Shown here piece after piece: positions 1-8,833 of a stretch of 32,000 bases of DNA. The notes beneath the pieces are model-generated. The model was not told the DNA's origin, did no database searches, and was given only the letters and a program-made list of their open reading frames with translations. Where the stretch lies: NCBI RefSeq assembly GCF_000018785.1, contig NC_010163.1, positions 840,001 to 872,000 on the forward strand, in the 5' to 3' direction. Within the stretch, counting starts at the first letter, position 1; each line of letters opens with the position of its first letter. Both the position numbers and the translations under genes were made by a program. This DNA is from Acholeplasma laidlawii PG-8A. GTDB lineage: Bacteria > Bacillota_I > Bacilli_A > Acholeplasmatales > Acholeplasmataceae.

Positions 1-2247
1 AACCTAAAAACAGATGAATCTGCATTAACAGGTGAACCAATTCCAGTTGAGAAAAACATTGATTCAATTTCTCAAGATGAGGTTGCATTAGGTGATAGAT
101 TTAACATCGGTTACATGAGTACAGTTGTCACTTATGGTCGTGGTTTAGCAGTTGTTACATCTACTGGTATGCAAACTGAGATTGGTAAAATTGCTACAAT
201 GTTATCTACAACCGAAACAGAATTAACACCACTTCAAAAAACTATTTCTAAACTTGGTAAAACACTAGCTATTATTGCTTTATTTGTTGTTACAATCATC
301 TTTATTATCCAAATATTAAGAGGTTGGTTTACTGTTGGTGTAGAAAATATTGCTTGGATTGAAATATTTATGTCATCCATTGCTTTAGCAGTTGCAGCTA
401 TCCCAGAAGGTTTACCAGCAATTATTACCATTGTTCTAGCAATCGGTATGCAAAACTTAGTTAAACAACGTGCTATCATGCGTACCCTACCTGCAGTTGA
501 AACATTAGGTTCTACTTCGATTATTTGTTCTGATAAGACTGGTACATTAACTCAAAACGTCATGACGATTACTGAAACTTATCTATATGATAGTACAACT
601 AAAGTCACAGACATTGTAAATCCTACTAAAGAACTAAAAATGTTAATTGATTATGGTGTCCTATGTAATGATACTAAAGTTCAATTATCTGATGAAAAAA
701 AGTATATCAAGATTGGTGATCCAACAGAAATTGCATTAACCGATTTATCTATAGCAACACATGATAACCCAATCAAAGTACTTGAAACATATCCGAGAGT
801 ACATGAACTTCCATTTGACTCTGAACGTAAGTTAATGACTACTGTCCATGAAATTGATGGTAAATACGTATCTATTACAAAAGGTGCTCCAGATGTTTTA
901 TTTGCTAAGGCTACTCATGTGAATAACCATGGTTCCATCGAAAAAGTTACACCTGCAATCATTGATACATTTACTCAACAAAATCAAGACTTCGCAGACC
1001 AAGCATTACGTGTATTAGCTATTGCTTATAAAGTATATGAACAAAAACCTGAAGTCTTACAATTAACGCATGATGATTTAGAAAATGATTTAACTATTCT
1101 AGGTTTAGTCGGTATGATTGACCCAGCAAGACCTGAAGTTAAAGATGCAATTATTGAAACTAAAAATGCTGGTATTATAACTATCATGATTACTGGTGAT
1201 CATAAGAATACAGCGGTTGCTATTGCAACTGATCTAGGGATTCTAGAACAAGGTCACTTAGCAATCACAGGTAAAGAACTAGACCGTATGTCTGATGAAG
1301 AATTCCTCGAAAAACTTCCTCAAATTAGAGTATATGCACGTGTTTCTCCTGAAAATAAAGTACGTATCGTTACAGCTTGGAAAACAACAGGTAAGATTGT
1401 TGCCATGACTGGTGACGGTGTCAATGACGCGCCAAGTATCAAACGCGCTGATATTGGTATTGCAATGGGTATTACTGGTACAGAAGTTGCTAAAGGTGCC
1501 GCAGACATGATTTTAACTGATGATAATTTTGCTACTATCGTTTCAGCAGTCAAAGAAGGTCGTACAATTCTTTCCAACATTAAAAAAGCAATTCACTTCT
1601 TACTATCTTGTAACATTGGTGAAATCATTACTATCTTCTTAGGCGTTACAATAGGTATTCTATTATTCCCAAATGAACCACAATTACAAATATTAACAGC
1701 TGCCCAAATCTTATGGGTTAACTTGGTAACTGACTCATTTATGGCGATTGCACTTGGTTTAGAACCTAAAGAACCAGATGTCATGAACCAACCACCAAGA
1801 GATAATTCAAAAGGTGTATTTGCAGATGGATTAGGTAAAAAAGTTGCTTGGCAAGGTGTTTTAATTGGTTTCATCACATTCTTAGCATTCTATATTGGTT
1901 ATTTAATTGGTGATGAAGGCAATAAACTACAACATGCACAAACTATTGGGTTCATGGTCTTAGCAATTTCACAATTATTCCATGCGTTTAATGTTAGAAG
2001 TGAAAAACACTCTACATTCAAACTACAACCAAATAAATTCTTAATCTATGCATTCTTTGGATGTCTAGTATTACAATTGACCACTGTATTTGTTCCATTT
2101 ATTGCAAACAATATCTTTGGTGTAGATGATGTATTACATTGGCAATGGTTAGATTGGTTAGTTGTAGTAGGTTTATCAGTTACTCCATTAGTTGTTGTTG
2201 AACTTGTTAAATTCATACAAAATAGATGCTCAAATAAATTAGCTTAA
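1..2247 (+). CDS. P-type (P2, Ca2+/cation-transporting) ATPase, 5'-truncated by the window edge
   Basis: Frame 1 is open from base 1 (NLKTDESALTGEPIPVEK...), so the Met at 115 in the ORF track is internal. P-type hallmarks: CSDKTGTLT phosphorylation site, PEGLP in TM4, TGDHKNTA, GDGVNDAPS hinge, multiple C-terminal TM segments. Stop TAA at 2245-2247. Confidence 0.93.
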   Translation, partial: NLKTDESALTGEPIPVEKNIDSISQDEVALGDRFNIGYMSTVVTYGRGLAVVTSTGMQTEIGKIATMLSTTETELTPLQKTISKLGKTLAIIALFVVTIIFIIQILRGWFTVGVENIAWIEIFMSSIALAVAAIPEGLPAIITIVLAIGMQNLVKQRAIMRTLPAVETLGSTSIICSDKTGTLTQNVMTITETYLYDSTTKVTDIVNPTKELKMLIDYGVLCNDTKVQLSDEKKYIKIGDPTEIALTDLSIATHDNPIKVLETYPRVHELPFDSERKLMTTVHEIDGKYVSITKGAPDVLFAKATHVNNHGSIEKVTPAIIDTFTQQNQDFADQALRVLAIAYKVYEQKPEVLQLTHDDLENDLTILGLVGMIDPARPEVKDAIIETKNAGIITIMITGDHKNTAVAIATDLGILEQGHLAITGKELDRMSDEEFLEKLPQIRVYARVSPENKVRIVTAWKTTGKIVAMTGDGVNDAPSIKRADIGIAMGITGTEVAKGAADMILTDDNFATIVSAVKEGRTILSNIKKAIHFLLSCNIGEIITIFLGVTIGILLFPNEPQLQILTAAQILWVNLVTDSFMAIALGLEPKEPDVMNQPPRDNSKGVFADGLGKKVAWQGVLIGFITFLAFYIGYLIGDEGNKLQHAQTIGFMVLAISQLFHAFNVRSEKHSTFKLQPNKFLIYAFFGCLVLQLTTVFVPFIANNIFGVDDVLHWQWLDWLVVVGLSVTPLVVVELVKFIQNRCSNKLA

Positions 2248-2255
2248 CAAAGTTT

Positions 2256-2292
2256 AAGGTTACCATAAAGTAAAGTGGTAACCTTATTTTTT
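2256..2292 (+). terminator. Rho-independent terminator of the ATPase gene
   Basis: Perfect 9-bp stem AAGGTTACC (2256-2264) / GGTAACCTT (2277-2285), followed by ATTTTTT. Confidence 0.75.
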
Positions 2293-2327
2293 ATGTTTTA
2301 TTGATAAATATGTCGTATAATATAGTT

Positions 2328-3021
2328 ATGAAAACAATGATAAAAAAATACCCAAACACCAAATTTATTGCACATAGAGGACTTCCCTCAAAAGTATTAG
2401 AAAATACCCTAGAAGGTTTTAAAAAGGCTGCAAAGCTACCTTTTTTTGGCATTGAAACTGATATTCATCTGAACCCTTGATCAGGTAGCTATCATACATC
2501 ATGATGATAATCTAATAAGACTTGCAAATATCGATTTAAACATCAATGAGACAAGTTATGAGGTGCTTAGTACTCTTAAACTTAAAGACACATATAAAAT
2601 ACCTTTACTTGATGCATACATTGATATTTGTAAAACCTATCACAAAGAAGCAATCATCGAGCTAAAACCAAAATTTAGCTTAGATCAAATTAAATTCTTT
2701 ATTGAAAAGATTGAAGCACATGATTATTTAGACCATGTCATTTTTATTTCTTTTCATCGAGAAAACCTAGTTCAATTAAAATCCATATTAAAAATATGTA
2801 ATATTCAAATATTAACAGATACATTTGATGAAGACATATTTAATTTTTTAATTAAGCATAGATTTGATTTATCTATACATCATAGTCAGGTAACCAAAGA
2901 CTTAATTAATTTACTACATAAAAATGATATAAAAATTAGTACATGGACAGTAAATGATAAGGTTTTAATGGAAAGTTTAGCAAAATTAGGTATTGACTAT
3001 ATTACAACAGACGGTATATAA
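2328..3021 (+). pseudogene. Glycerophosphodiester phosphodiesterase (GDPD family) interrupted by a single frameshift
   Basis: Frame 3 from ATG 2328 reads MKTMIKKYPNTKFIAHRGLPSKVLENTLEGFKKAAKLPFFGIETDIHLNP and hits TGA at 2478-2480. Frame 1 continues from 2476 as LDQVAIIHHDDNLIRL... to TAA 3021. The HRG, ENT, E-x-D-x-H and HHDD motifs are GDPD signatures split across the two frames. Removing one C of the CCC at 2474-2476 gives one continuous 230-codon frame. Confidence 0.75.
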
Positions 3022-3025
3022 AAAT

Positions 3026-3058
3026 AAAACCCACTTATAAAATAGTGGGTTTTATTTT
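3026..3058. terminator. Bidirectional intrinsic terminator shared by the GDPD pseudogene (+) and rnpB (-)
   Basis: 10-bp stem AAAACCCACT (3026-3035) / AGTGGGTTTT (3044-3053). T-rich tract follows on the plus strand (ATTTTG) and on the minus strand (ATTTTTATATA). Confidence 0.7.
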
Positions 3059-3062
3059 GCAT

Positions 3063-3439
3063 ATGAATTAGTGCATAAGCCATGTTCTGTAAAGAATTTC
3101 TTCTTTTGTGACTATTAATCTCAAGACATAAATCTTGCACGATGTTGTATTACTACACATCATGTGCCCCTACCTAATTTGGGTTGCTAGCTTGAGGGGT
3201 TTACCGCGTTTCACCCTATTTATTTCTAAATAGATTCGTCTCTGTGGCACTTTAATTTAAGTTATAACGTAGTGAAACACTTTAGCTATAACTAGTTTGC
3301 CGTTATGTTTATTAAACATACCTAAGGTTATGGTTTCCCTTAGCACAAACACTACACACCCATAAGGTGTGTGCTAGCATGGACTTTCCTAACGAATCAT
3401 AAAGATTCGCTCAGTCACCTTCCTAACTCCATAATGCAT
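3063..3439 (-). ncRNA. rnpB: RNase P RNA, bacterial type B
   Basis: The reverse complement contains the universally conserved blocks GUUAGGAAAGUCCAUGCUAGCAC (CR-I), AAAGUGCCACAGAGACGAA, GGGUGAAACGCGGUAAACCCCUCAAGC, CCCAAAUUAGGUAGGGGCAC and ACAGAACAUGGCUUAUG (CR-V), in the order and spacing of the Bacillus subtilis type-B RNA. P2 is GUGACU/AGUCAC, P3 is GCGAAUC-UUUAU-GAUUCGU, and P1 is GAGUUAG/CUAAUUC. No ORF covers the region. Ends are approximate. Confidence 0.93.
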
Positions 3440-3443
3440 AGAC

Positions 3444-3472
3444 ATTTTATATGCTTTTAGATTAAATGTCAA
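3444..3472 (-). promoter_or_regulatory. rnpB promoter (sigma-A type)
   Basis: Minus strand reads TTGACA (3472-3467), 17 nt, TAAAAT (3449-3444). This places +1 about 5-8 nt before the P1 5' strand. Confidence 0.65.
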
Positions 3473-3495
3473 ACAATTCATTGTATTATCATAAT

Positions 3496-3789
3496 TTACT
3501 TAACTTTATGTCTAAAGAAGAGAATTATAGATGAAATTAGTGTACCAATAAAGACAAATAAAGTAAAACCAGAGATGAGTAAATAGCCTAGTGCAGCCCA
3601 TCCAGTATCATCATTGGCTGTAATACCTAGAATCAAAAATGCTACAGATATAGCTAAAACTATACCTGGTATGATAAAGACCAACCATTTATTCTTTTTT
3701 GAAAGTACACCACTTAACCAGAAGTTAATCAAACCACTTGCAAGAAAAATGAAAAACATATTTAAGTATAACTGTAGATTATCATCCAT
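3496..3789 (-). CDS. Small hypothetical membrane protein (97 aa, about 3 TM helices)
   Basis: The ORF 3496-3861 is trimmed to the Met at 3789 (MDDNLQLYLNMFF...), which is preceded by AAAAGGTGGTG. The sequence has three hydrophobic stretches. I recognise no family. Confidence 0.55.
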   Translation of the reverse strand: MDDNLQLYLNMFFIFLASGLINFWLSGVLSKKNKWLVFIIPGIVLAISVAFLILGITANDDTGWAALGYLLISGFTLFVFIGTLISSIILFFRHKVK

Positions 3790-3861
3790 AACAACACCAC
3801 CTTTTTTAAAGAATAATTTATTATAATAGATTTTTTTGTTTAAACGCTTACTTTTACTCAA

Positions 3862-3910
3862 TAATAAAAAAATCCTAGCCTATATCGTATGAGTATATAT
3901 GGCTAGGATT
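3862..3910 (-). terminator. Intrinsic terminator downstream of pnp
   Basis: Minus strand: AATCCTAGCC (3910-3901) ... GGCTAGGATT (3880-3871), followed by TTTTTATTAT. The 20-nt loop has partial extra pairing. Confidence 0.7.
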
Positions 3911-3934
3911 TATATTTAATATCAAACTATTATC

Positions 3935-6082
3935 TTATAAAGCATCTTTTCTTGATAAGTCAACACGTCCACGTTCATCAATCTTAACAACTTTAACTAA
4001 GATTTGATCACCAACTTTAACTTTACCATCTAAAGATTCTGTTCTTTCTTTTTCCCATTTAGAAATGTGGACTAATCCTTCAGTTCCTGGGAAGATTTCA
4101 GCAAATACACCTTGAATTTTCTTACCATCTTTATCCATTAATAAGCGTGTTACTTTAGCTTCATATAGTTCGCCAACTTTAGCTTCTCTTACTAAACTTT
4201 CGATGTAAGCAGCAGTTTTGTTTAACCATGCAGAGTCAGTATGCATAATGAATACTCTACCATCTTGTTCAATATCAATTTTAACGTTGTTATGATCTTC
4301 AATGATTTGAGTAATGATCTTACCACCAGCACCGATAACGTCTCTAATCTTATCTGGATTAATACGAATCATCTTAACTTTAGGTGCGAATGCACTTAAT
4401 TCAGTTCTTGTTTCACTAATTACAGTGTTCATGTGTGAAAGAATATGAAGTCTACCCTTACGAGCTTGTTCTAATGCTTCTTTCATAATCTCAGTTGTAA
4501 TACCTTGAATTTTGATATCCATTTGAAGTGCAGTAATACCATCTTTAGTACCTGCAACTTTAAAGTCCATATCGCCTTCATGGTCTTCCATACCTTGAAT
4601 ATCACTTAAAATTGAGTAATGTTCACCGTCCATGATTAAGCCCATTGCGATACCTGCAACTGGCGCTTTAATTGGAACACCAGCAGCCATTAAAGCCATA
4701 GAGCCTACACAAATTGTAGCTTGAGAACTTGAACCGTTAGATTCAGTAATTTCAGATACTACACGGATTGCATATGGGAATTCATCTTCAGAAGGTAATA
4801 CTTGTAATAAAGCACGTTCTCCTAAAGCACCGTGACCAATTTCACGACGTCCAGGTGCACCATAACGACCTGTTTCACCTACTGAAAATGGTGGGAAGTT
4901 ATAATGTAACATGAAGCGTTTTGTAACTGTTTCTTGTTCTAAACCATCAATAATTTGATTTTCATTTAATGAACCTAATGTGACTATACCTAAAGCTTGA
5001 GTTTGACCTCTTGTAAATAGTGCAGAACCATGAGTTCTTGGTAATAAATCAACTGAGGATGCAAGTGGTCTAATTTCATCTAAACCACGGCCATCAGGTC
5101 TTACTTTATCTTCAGTAATAAGGCGTCTAACTTCTTTAGTTACAATTCTGTCTAAAGAAACTTTAACTTGATTCATTAATTCTTTCTTTTGATCAGCATC
5201 TAGCACTTCTTTACCATCTACTGTCATCCAGAAATTTCTTTGTTCAAAGTGCGCTACTACTTCGTCTTTGATTGCATCAATTACATCATAACGTTCTTGT
5301 TTGTCAACAAGTGAAACAGCTTTAACTAATTCTTTACCTTTGTAAGCAAATACTTCATCAAAGATTGCTTGATTAAGACTTAGTAATTCAGGTTCTACTT
5401 TTTCAACTCCAAAAGCTTTTTTAATTGTTTCTTGGAAAGCACATAATTCTTTGATTGCTTCATGACCAAATAAAATAGCTTCTAACATAACTTCTTCAGA
5501 TACTTGTTTAGCGCCTGCTTCAACCATGTTAATTGCATCTTTTGTACCTGCAACGATTAAATCGATGTCTGATACATTTAATTGTTCTGAAGATGGATTT
5601 AATACGAATTGTCCATCAATACGACCAACATGTGCACCAGCGATTGGTCCCATGAATGGAATATTTGAAATTTCAAGTGCAATCGATGAACCGAGCATTG
5701 CAGCCATTTGGCTTGATGCTTCAGGATCTGATGATAACACTGTATTCACAACTTGAACTTCATTTCTATAACCATCGTCAAATAATGGACGTAATGGTCT
5801 ATCAATTAATCTTGATGTCAATGTTTCAACTTCTGATGGTCTACCTTCTCTTCTGAAGAATCCACCAGGAATTTTACCTGCAGCATATTGTTTTTCTGCA
5901 TAAATTACCATAAGTGGGAAAAAGTCAGTTTGACCCACTTTCGCTTTAGCAACAGCAGTTGATAATACAACAGTGTCACCATAATAAATCATTGCAGCGC
6001 CATTTGCTTGTTTAGCAATTTCGCCGACTTCAACTCTTAGTGGTTTCCCAGCAAGTGTTGTTTCAAATACTTGTTTAGACAT
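3935..6082 (-). CDS. pnp: Polyribonucleotide nucleotidyltransferase (PNPase)
   Basis: 715 aa with two RNase PH domains ([17 protein letters not shown]), a KH domain (GAGGKII) and a C-terminal S1 domain. SD is GAAGGAG. It lies downstream of rpsO, as in most bacteria. Confidence 0.97.
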   Translation of the reverse strand: MSKQVFETTLAGKPLRVEVGEIAKQANGAAMIYYGDTVVLSTAVAKAKVGQTDFFPLMVIYAEKQYAAGKIPGGFFRREGRPSEVETLTSRLIDRPLRPLFDDGYRNEVQVVNTVLSSDPEASSQMAAMLGSSIALEISNIPFMGPIAGAHVGRIDGQFVLNPSSEQLNVSDIDLIVAGTKDAINMVEAGAKQVSEEVMLEAILFGHEAIKELCAFQETIKKAFGVEKVEPELLSLNQAIFDEVFAYKGKELVKAVSLVDKQERYDVIDAIKDEVVAHFEQRNFWMTVDGKEVLDADQKKELMNQVKVSLDRIVTKEVRRLITEDKVRPDGRGLDEIRPLASSVDLLPRTHGSALFTRGQTQALGIVTLGSLNENQIIDGLEQETVTKRFMLHYNFPPFSVGETGRYGAPGRREIGHGALGERALLQVLPSEDEFPYAIRVVSEITESNGSSSQATICVGSMALMAAGVPIKAPVAGIAMGLIMDGEHYSILSDIQGMEDHEGDMDFKVAGTKDGITALQMDIKIQGITTEIMKEALEQARKGRLHILSHMNTVISETRTELSAFAPKVKMIRINPDKIRDVIGAGGKIITQIIEDHNNVKIDIEQDGRVFIMHTDSAWLNKTAAYIESLVREAKVGELYEAKVTRLLMDKDGKKIQGVFAEIFPGTEGLVHISKWEKERTESLDGKVKVGDQILVKVVKIDERGRVDLSRKDAL

Positions 6083-6137
6083 ATAAAATCTCCTTCATTT
6101 TATATTGAAATTATTTTCATTTTTTTCAATTCATTTA

Positions 6138-6146
6138 ATTATAACA
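6138..6146 (-). promoter_or_regulatory. Candidate extended -10 promoter for pnp
   Basis: Minus strand reads TGTTATAAT, about 55 nt upstream of the pnp start. The -35 is weak. Confidence 0.4.
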
Positions 6147-6202
6147 TTAATCACTATAAATACACCACATATATCGATGAATATGGTATTTTAGATCCAT
6201 AA

Positions 6203-6231
6203 AAATAAAAAAAACTCAAAATGAGTTTTTC
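6203..6231 (-). terminator. Intrinsic terminator (or attenuator) between rpsO and pnp
   Basis: Minus strand reads AAAACTCA-TTT-TGAGTTTT followed by TTTTTATTTTTA, directly after the rpsO stop. Confidence 0.75.
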
Positions 6232-6501
6232 TTATCTTCTTAAACCAAGTTCATTAATTAAAGCAGCATATCTTTGAGCATCTTGTTCTCTTAAGTACTT
6301 AAGTAAATTACGTCTACGACCAATTTTCATGAATAAACCACGTTTTGAATGGAAATCATGAATATGAGTTTGTAAATGTTCATTTAGCTCATTGATTTCG
6401 TGAGTTAAGATTGCAACTTGTACTTCTGGTGAACCAGTGTCGCCAGCGAATCTTGCAAATTTCTCAACGATTGCTTTTTTACTGTCTTTTGTCAGTGCCA
6501 T
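6232..6501 (-). CDS. rpsO: 30S ribosomal protein S15
   Basis: 89 aa, MALTKDSKKAIVEKFARFAGDTGSPEVQVAILT...HLQTHIHDFHSKRGL...RRRNLLKYL, which is the canonical S15 sequence. The ORF-track Met at 6552 is rejected because AGGAGGAA precedes the ATG at 6501. Confidence 0.95.
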   Translation of the reverse strand: MALTKDSKKAIVEKFARFAGDTGSPEVQVAILTHEINELNEHLQTHIHDFHSKRGLFMKIGRRRNLLKYLREQDAQRYAALINELGLRR

Positions 6502-6575
6502 AATGTTTCCTCCTATGTCTCGTATAGCTAAAGATTTTGTTTTGGCTAACAATGTCCTTGCTATCGACCTAATGA

Positions 6576-6604
6576 ATCATACCATAATAAAATTATAATT
6601 GCAA
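6576..6604 (-). promoter_or_regulatory. rpsO promoter
   Basis: Minus strand reads TTGCAA (6604-6599), 17 nt, TATGAT (6581-6576), with a TG at the extended -10 position. Confidence 0.55.
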
Positions 6605-6655
6605 CATTTTTTTATTTTTTTATGATAAAATGCATTAATTTTGGAATAAATTACA

Positions 6656-6979
6656 TTATAATTTAATAAATTGGTCCACATTTAAAATGAACACAGTCGC
6701 TCCACCAACGGATACTTCGATTGGTAAAGTACTAAATGATCCGAATTCATTAACGATAGCATTTGGTACAATTTTACTGCGAGTCTTAGAGTATTTTTCA
6801 ATAATGTCTAATACTTCAGGTACCTTTTCATCATTAACACCAATTAAGAATGTTGCATTTCCTTCACGAAGGAATCCACCCTTAGTTGACAATCTAGTTG
6901 CGAATATTCTCTCTTTAACTAAACCTTTTTGAACTCTGTTTGCATCATCATTGGACACAACAGCTATAACCATTTTCAT
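6656..6979 (-). CDS. darA: PII-like cyclic-di-AMP receptor protein (DarA/PstA, YaaQ family)
   Basis: 107 aa. MKMVIAVVSNDDANRV...TRLSTKGGFLREGNATFLIGV...VGGATVFILNVDQF closely parallels my recollection of B. subtilis YaaQ/DarA (MKLIVAVVQDQDSNRL...[21 protein letters not shown]...VGGATVFVLPVDEF). SD is GAGGAGG. Confidence 0.85.
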   Translation of the reverse strand: MKMVIAVVSNDDANRVQKGLVKERIFATRLSTKGGFLREGNATFLIGVNDEKVPEVLDIIEKYSKTRSKIVPNAIVNEFGSFSTLPIEVSVGGATVFILNVDQFIKL

Positions 6980-7018
6980 AGATGATACCTCCTCTATTAA
7001 TCATATTTTATCATATTT

Positions 7019-7921
7019 TTATTTTTTTAATAAGTTGTAAGTTTGTTCTACATCTTTTTTGATTTGTTCTAACATCGCTTCTACTTTATCATATTTGATT
7101 TCATCTCTTAAATAATATTCAAATGAAACAGTAATTTCTTTTTCATATAAATTACCATCATAATCCATGATAAACACTTCTAATCTTCTTGTTGTTGAGT
7201 AGTTGATTGTTGGGTTATGACCTAAATTGGCGCATCCTAAATAGGTTTTATCACCTATTTCTACTATTACAGCATATACACCTATCTTAGGTAAAAAATG
7301 ATTCTTATAGTCTATATTAGCGGTTGGATACCCTATCATTTTACCAACCTTATCACCATGAATGACCTCACCATGGATGCTATAACTTTTATTAAGTAGT
7401 TTTCTAGCAAGTTTCATATCACCTTGCTCGAGTAATAACTTAATATAGGTTGTAGAAACACGTGTATCCTTATAAAGTAAATCTTCTACAACAAGTACTT
7501 CAAAATGTTGTTTTAAATCATCAACACTTCCAGATCCTTTATGACCAAACTTGAAATCACGACCGACAACAATACGTTTGACTTGAAGTGACTTTAACCA
7601 TTCTATAAATTCTAGCTTTTCTAATTTTGAGAATGCTTTTGTAAATTCAACAACCATAAATATATCAACATGCATCATTTTAAGTGCACGTTCTTTATCA
7701 GATATATCCATTAGAATGGGTAGTTCTTTATTGGTAATTACACTCATTGGATGAGGGAAAAATGTCATGACAGCACTTTTAGTGTCACTAAATTTTTTCA
7801 CCTTTTCAATAAGATTTTGATGTCCTATATGTAGCCCATCAAAATTACCAATGGTTAATGTAATGGGTTCATTATTTTTTATGGATTCATATGTAGTGTG
7901 TATTGTTTTCATCTCATGCAC
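7019..7921 (-). CDS. ribF: Bifunctional riboflavin kinase / FMN adenylyltransferase
   Basis: 300 aa. N-terminal nucleotidyltransferase motif GNFDGLHIGHQ. C-terminal riboflavin-kinase motifs G.PTANI and LEVFIMDYDGNLY. An alternative start lies at 7912. Positioned after truB as in Bacillus. Confidence 0.92.
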   Translation of the reverse strand: MHEMKTIHTTYESIKNNEPITLTIGNFDGLHIGHQNLIEKVKKFSDTKSAVMTFFPHPMSVITNKELPILMDISDKERALKMMHVDIFMVVEFTKAFSKLEKLEFIEWLKSLQVKRIVVGRDFKFGHKGSGSVDDLKQHFEVLVVEDLLYKDTRVSTTYIKLLLEQGDMKLARKLLNKSYSIHGEVIHGDKVGKMIGYPTANIDYKNHFLPKIGVYAVIVEIGDKTYLGCANLGHNPTINYSTTRRLEVFIMDYDGNLYEKEITVSFEYYLRDEIKYDKVEAMLEQIKKDVEQTYNLLKK

Positions 7922-7927
7922 TTCCTT

Positions 7928-8767
7928 TTAAAATAGATATTTCAATTTATACTGTTGATTATCAGGTACGTAGTATGCAATGTAGTTACCCATTTCATCT
8001 TGTACAATAAATGGTTCATTTAAGGTGGTTTGACGTTCATCTAATACAACACCATTTTTAACAAGTTTAATTAAGTAGTCATTTAAGACTATTTTCTTAA
8101 CACCTTCAAACAATAAAGCGTGATCAATTAAGTCAGGTAGTTCCGTATCTTCAACTGTCTTTGACATATTTTGGCTATATGCATCAATGTTTGTTCTATT
8201 TAAGACCGACAGTGCACCAAAGGTATTTAATCCTAATCCGATATCTCTTGCGATACTTCGAATGTATGTACCCTTAGATACATGTGTAGAAAAATCTATT
8301 GTTTGTTTATTTATTTGATAAGTAAAATTATAAATACTTACTTCTCTAGCAGGAAGATCTAGTGGCTTACCACTTCTTGCAGCCTCATAGGCTTTAACAC
8401 CAGCTTTCTTGATTGCTGAATAGCTAGGAGGTATTTGCTTATAAGTAGGCACTATACGGTTTAAAATAGCTTTTAAATCATCTTCTGTAAATGATACAGG
8501 TGCTTCATTTATGACTTCGCCTGTGGTGTCATCTGTATCATATGATTTACCAAGTACAATGGTACCATCATATTGCTTATCAAGCTCATCAAATAGAAAG
8601 GCTAACTTTGTTGCTTTACCGACTAAAATAATTAATAAACCGGTAGCAAAAGGATCTAGTGTTCCTGTATGTCCTACTTTTTTAATATTAAATTTCTTTC
8701 TAATTTGATAAACAATATCATGGCTGGTTAGCCCAGCTTTTTTATTGACTAAAAATATACCGTTCAT
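7928..8767 (-). CDS. truB: tRNA pseudouridine-55 synthase
   Basis: MNGIFLVNKKAGLTSHD...GHTGTLDPFATGLL (catalytic Asp motif) ...GTYIRSIARD. The start is moved to 8767 (TAGGA, 5 nt, ATG) because the upstream Met at 8803 lies before the candidate promoter. Confidence 0.92.
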   Translation of the reverse strand: MNGIFLVNKKAGLTSHDIVYQIRKKFNIKKVGHTGTLDPFATGLLIILVGKATKLAFLFDELDKQYDGTIVLGKSYDTDDTTGEVINEAPVSFTEDDLKAILNRIVPTYKQIPPSYSAIKKAGVKAYEAARSGKPLDLPAREVSIYNFTYQINKQTIDFSTHVSKGTYIRSIARDIGLGLNTFGALSVLNRTNIDAYSQNMSKTVEDTELPDLIDHALLFEGVKKIVLNDYLIKLVKNGVVLDERQTTLNEPFIVQDEMGNYIAYYVPDNQQYKLKYLF

Positions 8768-8791
8768 ATACATCCTACTTTTTATATATTT

Positions 8792-8800
8792 ATTATAACA
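8792..8800 (-). promoter_or_regulatory. Candidate extended -10 promoter for truB-ribF
   Basis: Minus strand reads TGTTATAAT immediately after the trxA terminator. Confidence 0.45.
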
Positions 8801-8802
8801 CA

Positions 8803-8828
8803 AGAAAAAAGGCTTTATTACAAGCCTT
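8803..8828 (-). terminator. Intrinsic terminator of trxA
   Basis: Minus strand reads AAGGCTT-GTAATA-AAGCCTT followed by TTTTTCTTG. Confidence 0.75.
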
Positions 8829-8833
8829 ACTTC

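Noticed and set aside
234-1877. Three minus-strand ORFs (234-479, 1320-1580, 1593-1877) inside the P-type ATPase gene
   Set aside because: They are shadow ORFs antisense to a gene with unmistakable P-type ATPase motifs. Their translations are low-complexity (S/T/I/A/P-rich), lack SD sequences and show no recognisable domains.
2478-2480. The TGA interrupting the GDPD gene might be read as Trp (genetic code 4) rather than marking a pseudogene
   Set aside because: Reading through gives ...NPWSGSYHTSWW followed by TAA, which is not GDPD sequence. The family motifs continue only in the +1 frame. TGA also serves as the recU stop, and the Trp codons I checked are TGG.
3790-3861. N-terminal extensions proposed by the ORF track: 3496-3861, 6232-6552, 7928-8803, 28478-29146 and the GTG at 29398
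   Set aside because: In each case a downstream ATG has a proper SD at 5-9 nt and matches the family N-terminus (S15, TruB). The extension would begin upstream of the predicted promoter, inside a terminator or riboswitch, or on top of the SD itself.
6502-6575. Possible S15 autoregulatory structure in the rpsO 5' leader (GGUCGAUAGC at 6569-6560 pairing with GCUAUACGAGAC at 6528-6517, next to the SD)
   Set aside because: By hand I can only support an interrupted helix of about 8 bp with weak inner hairpins. That is not enough to claim an S15-binding three-way-junction mimic. It would need a covariance or comparative analysis of orthologous leaders.
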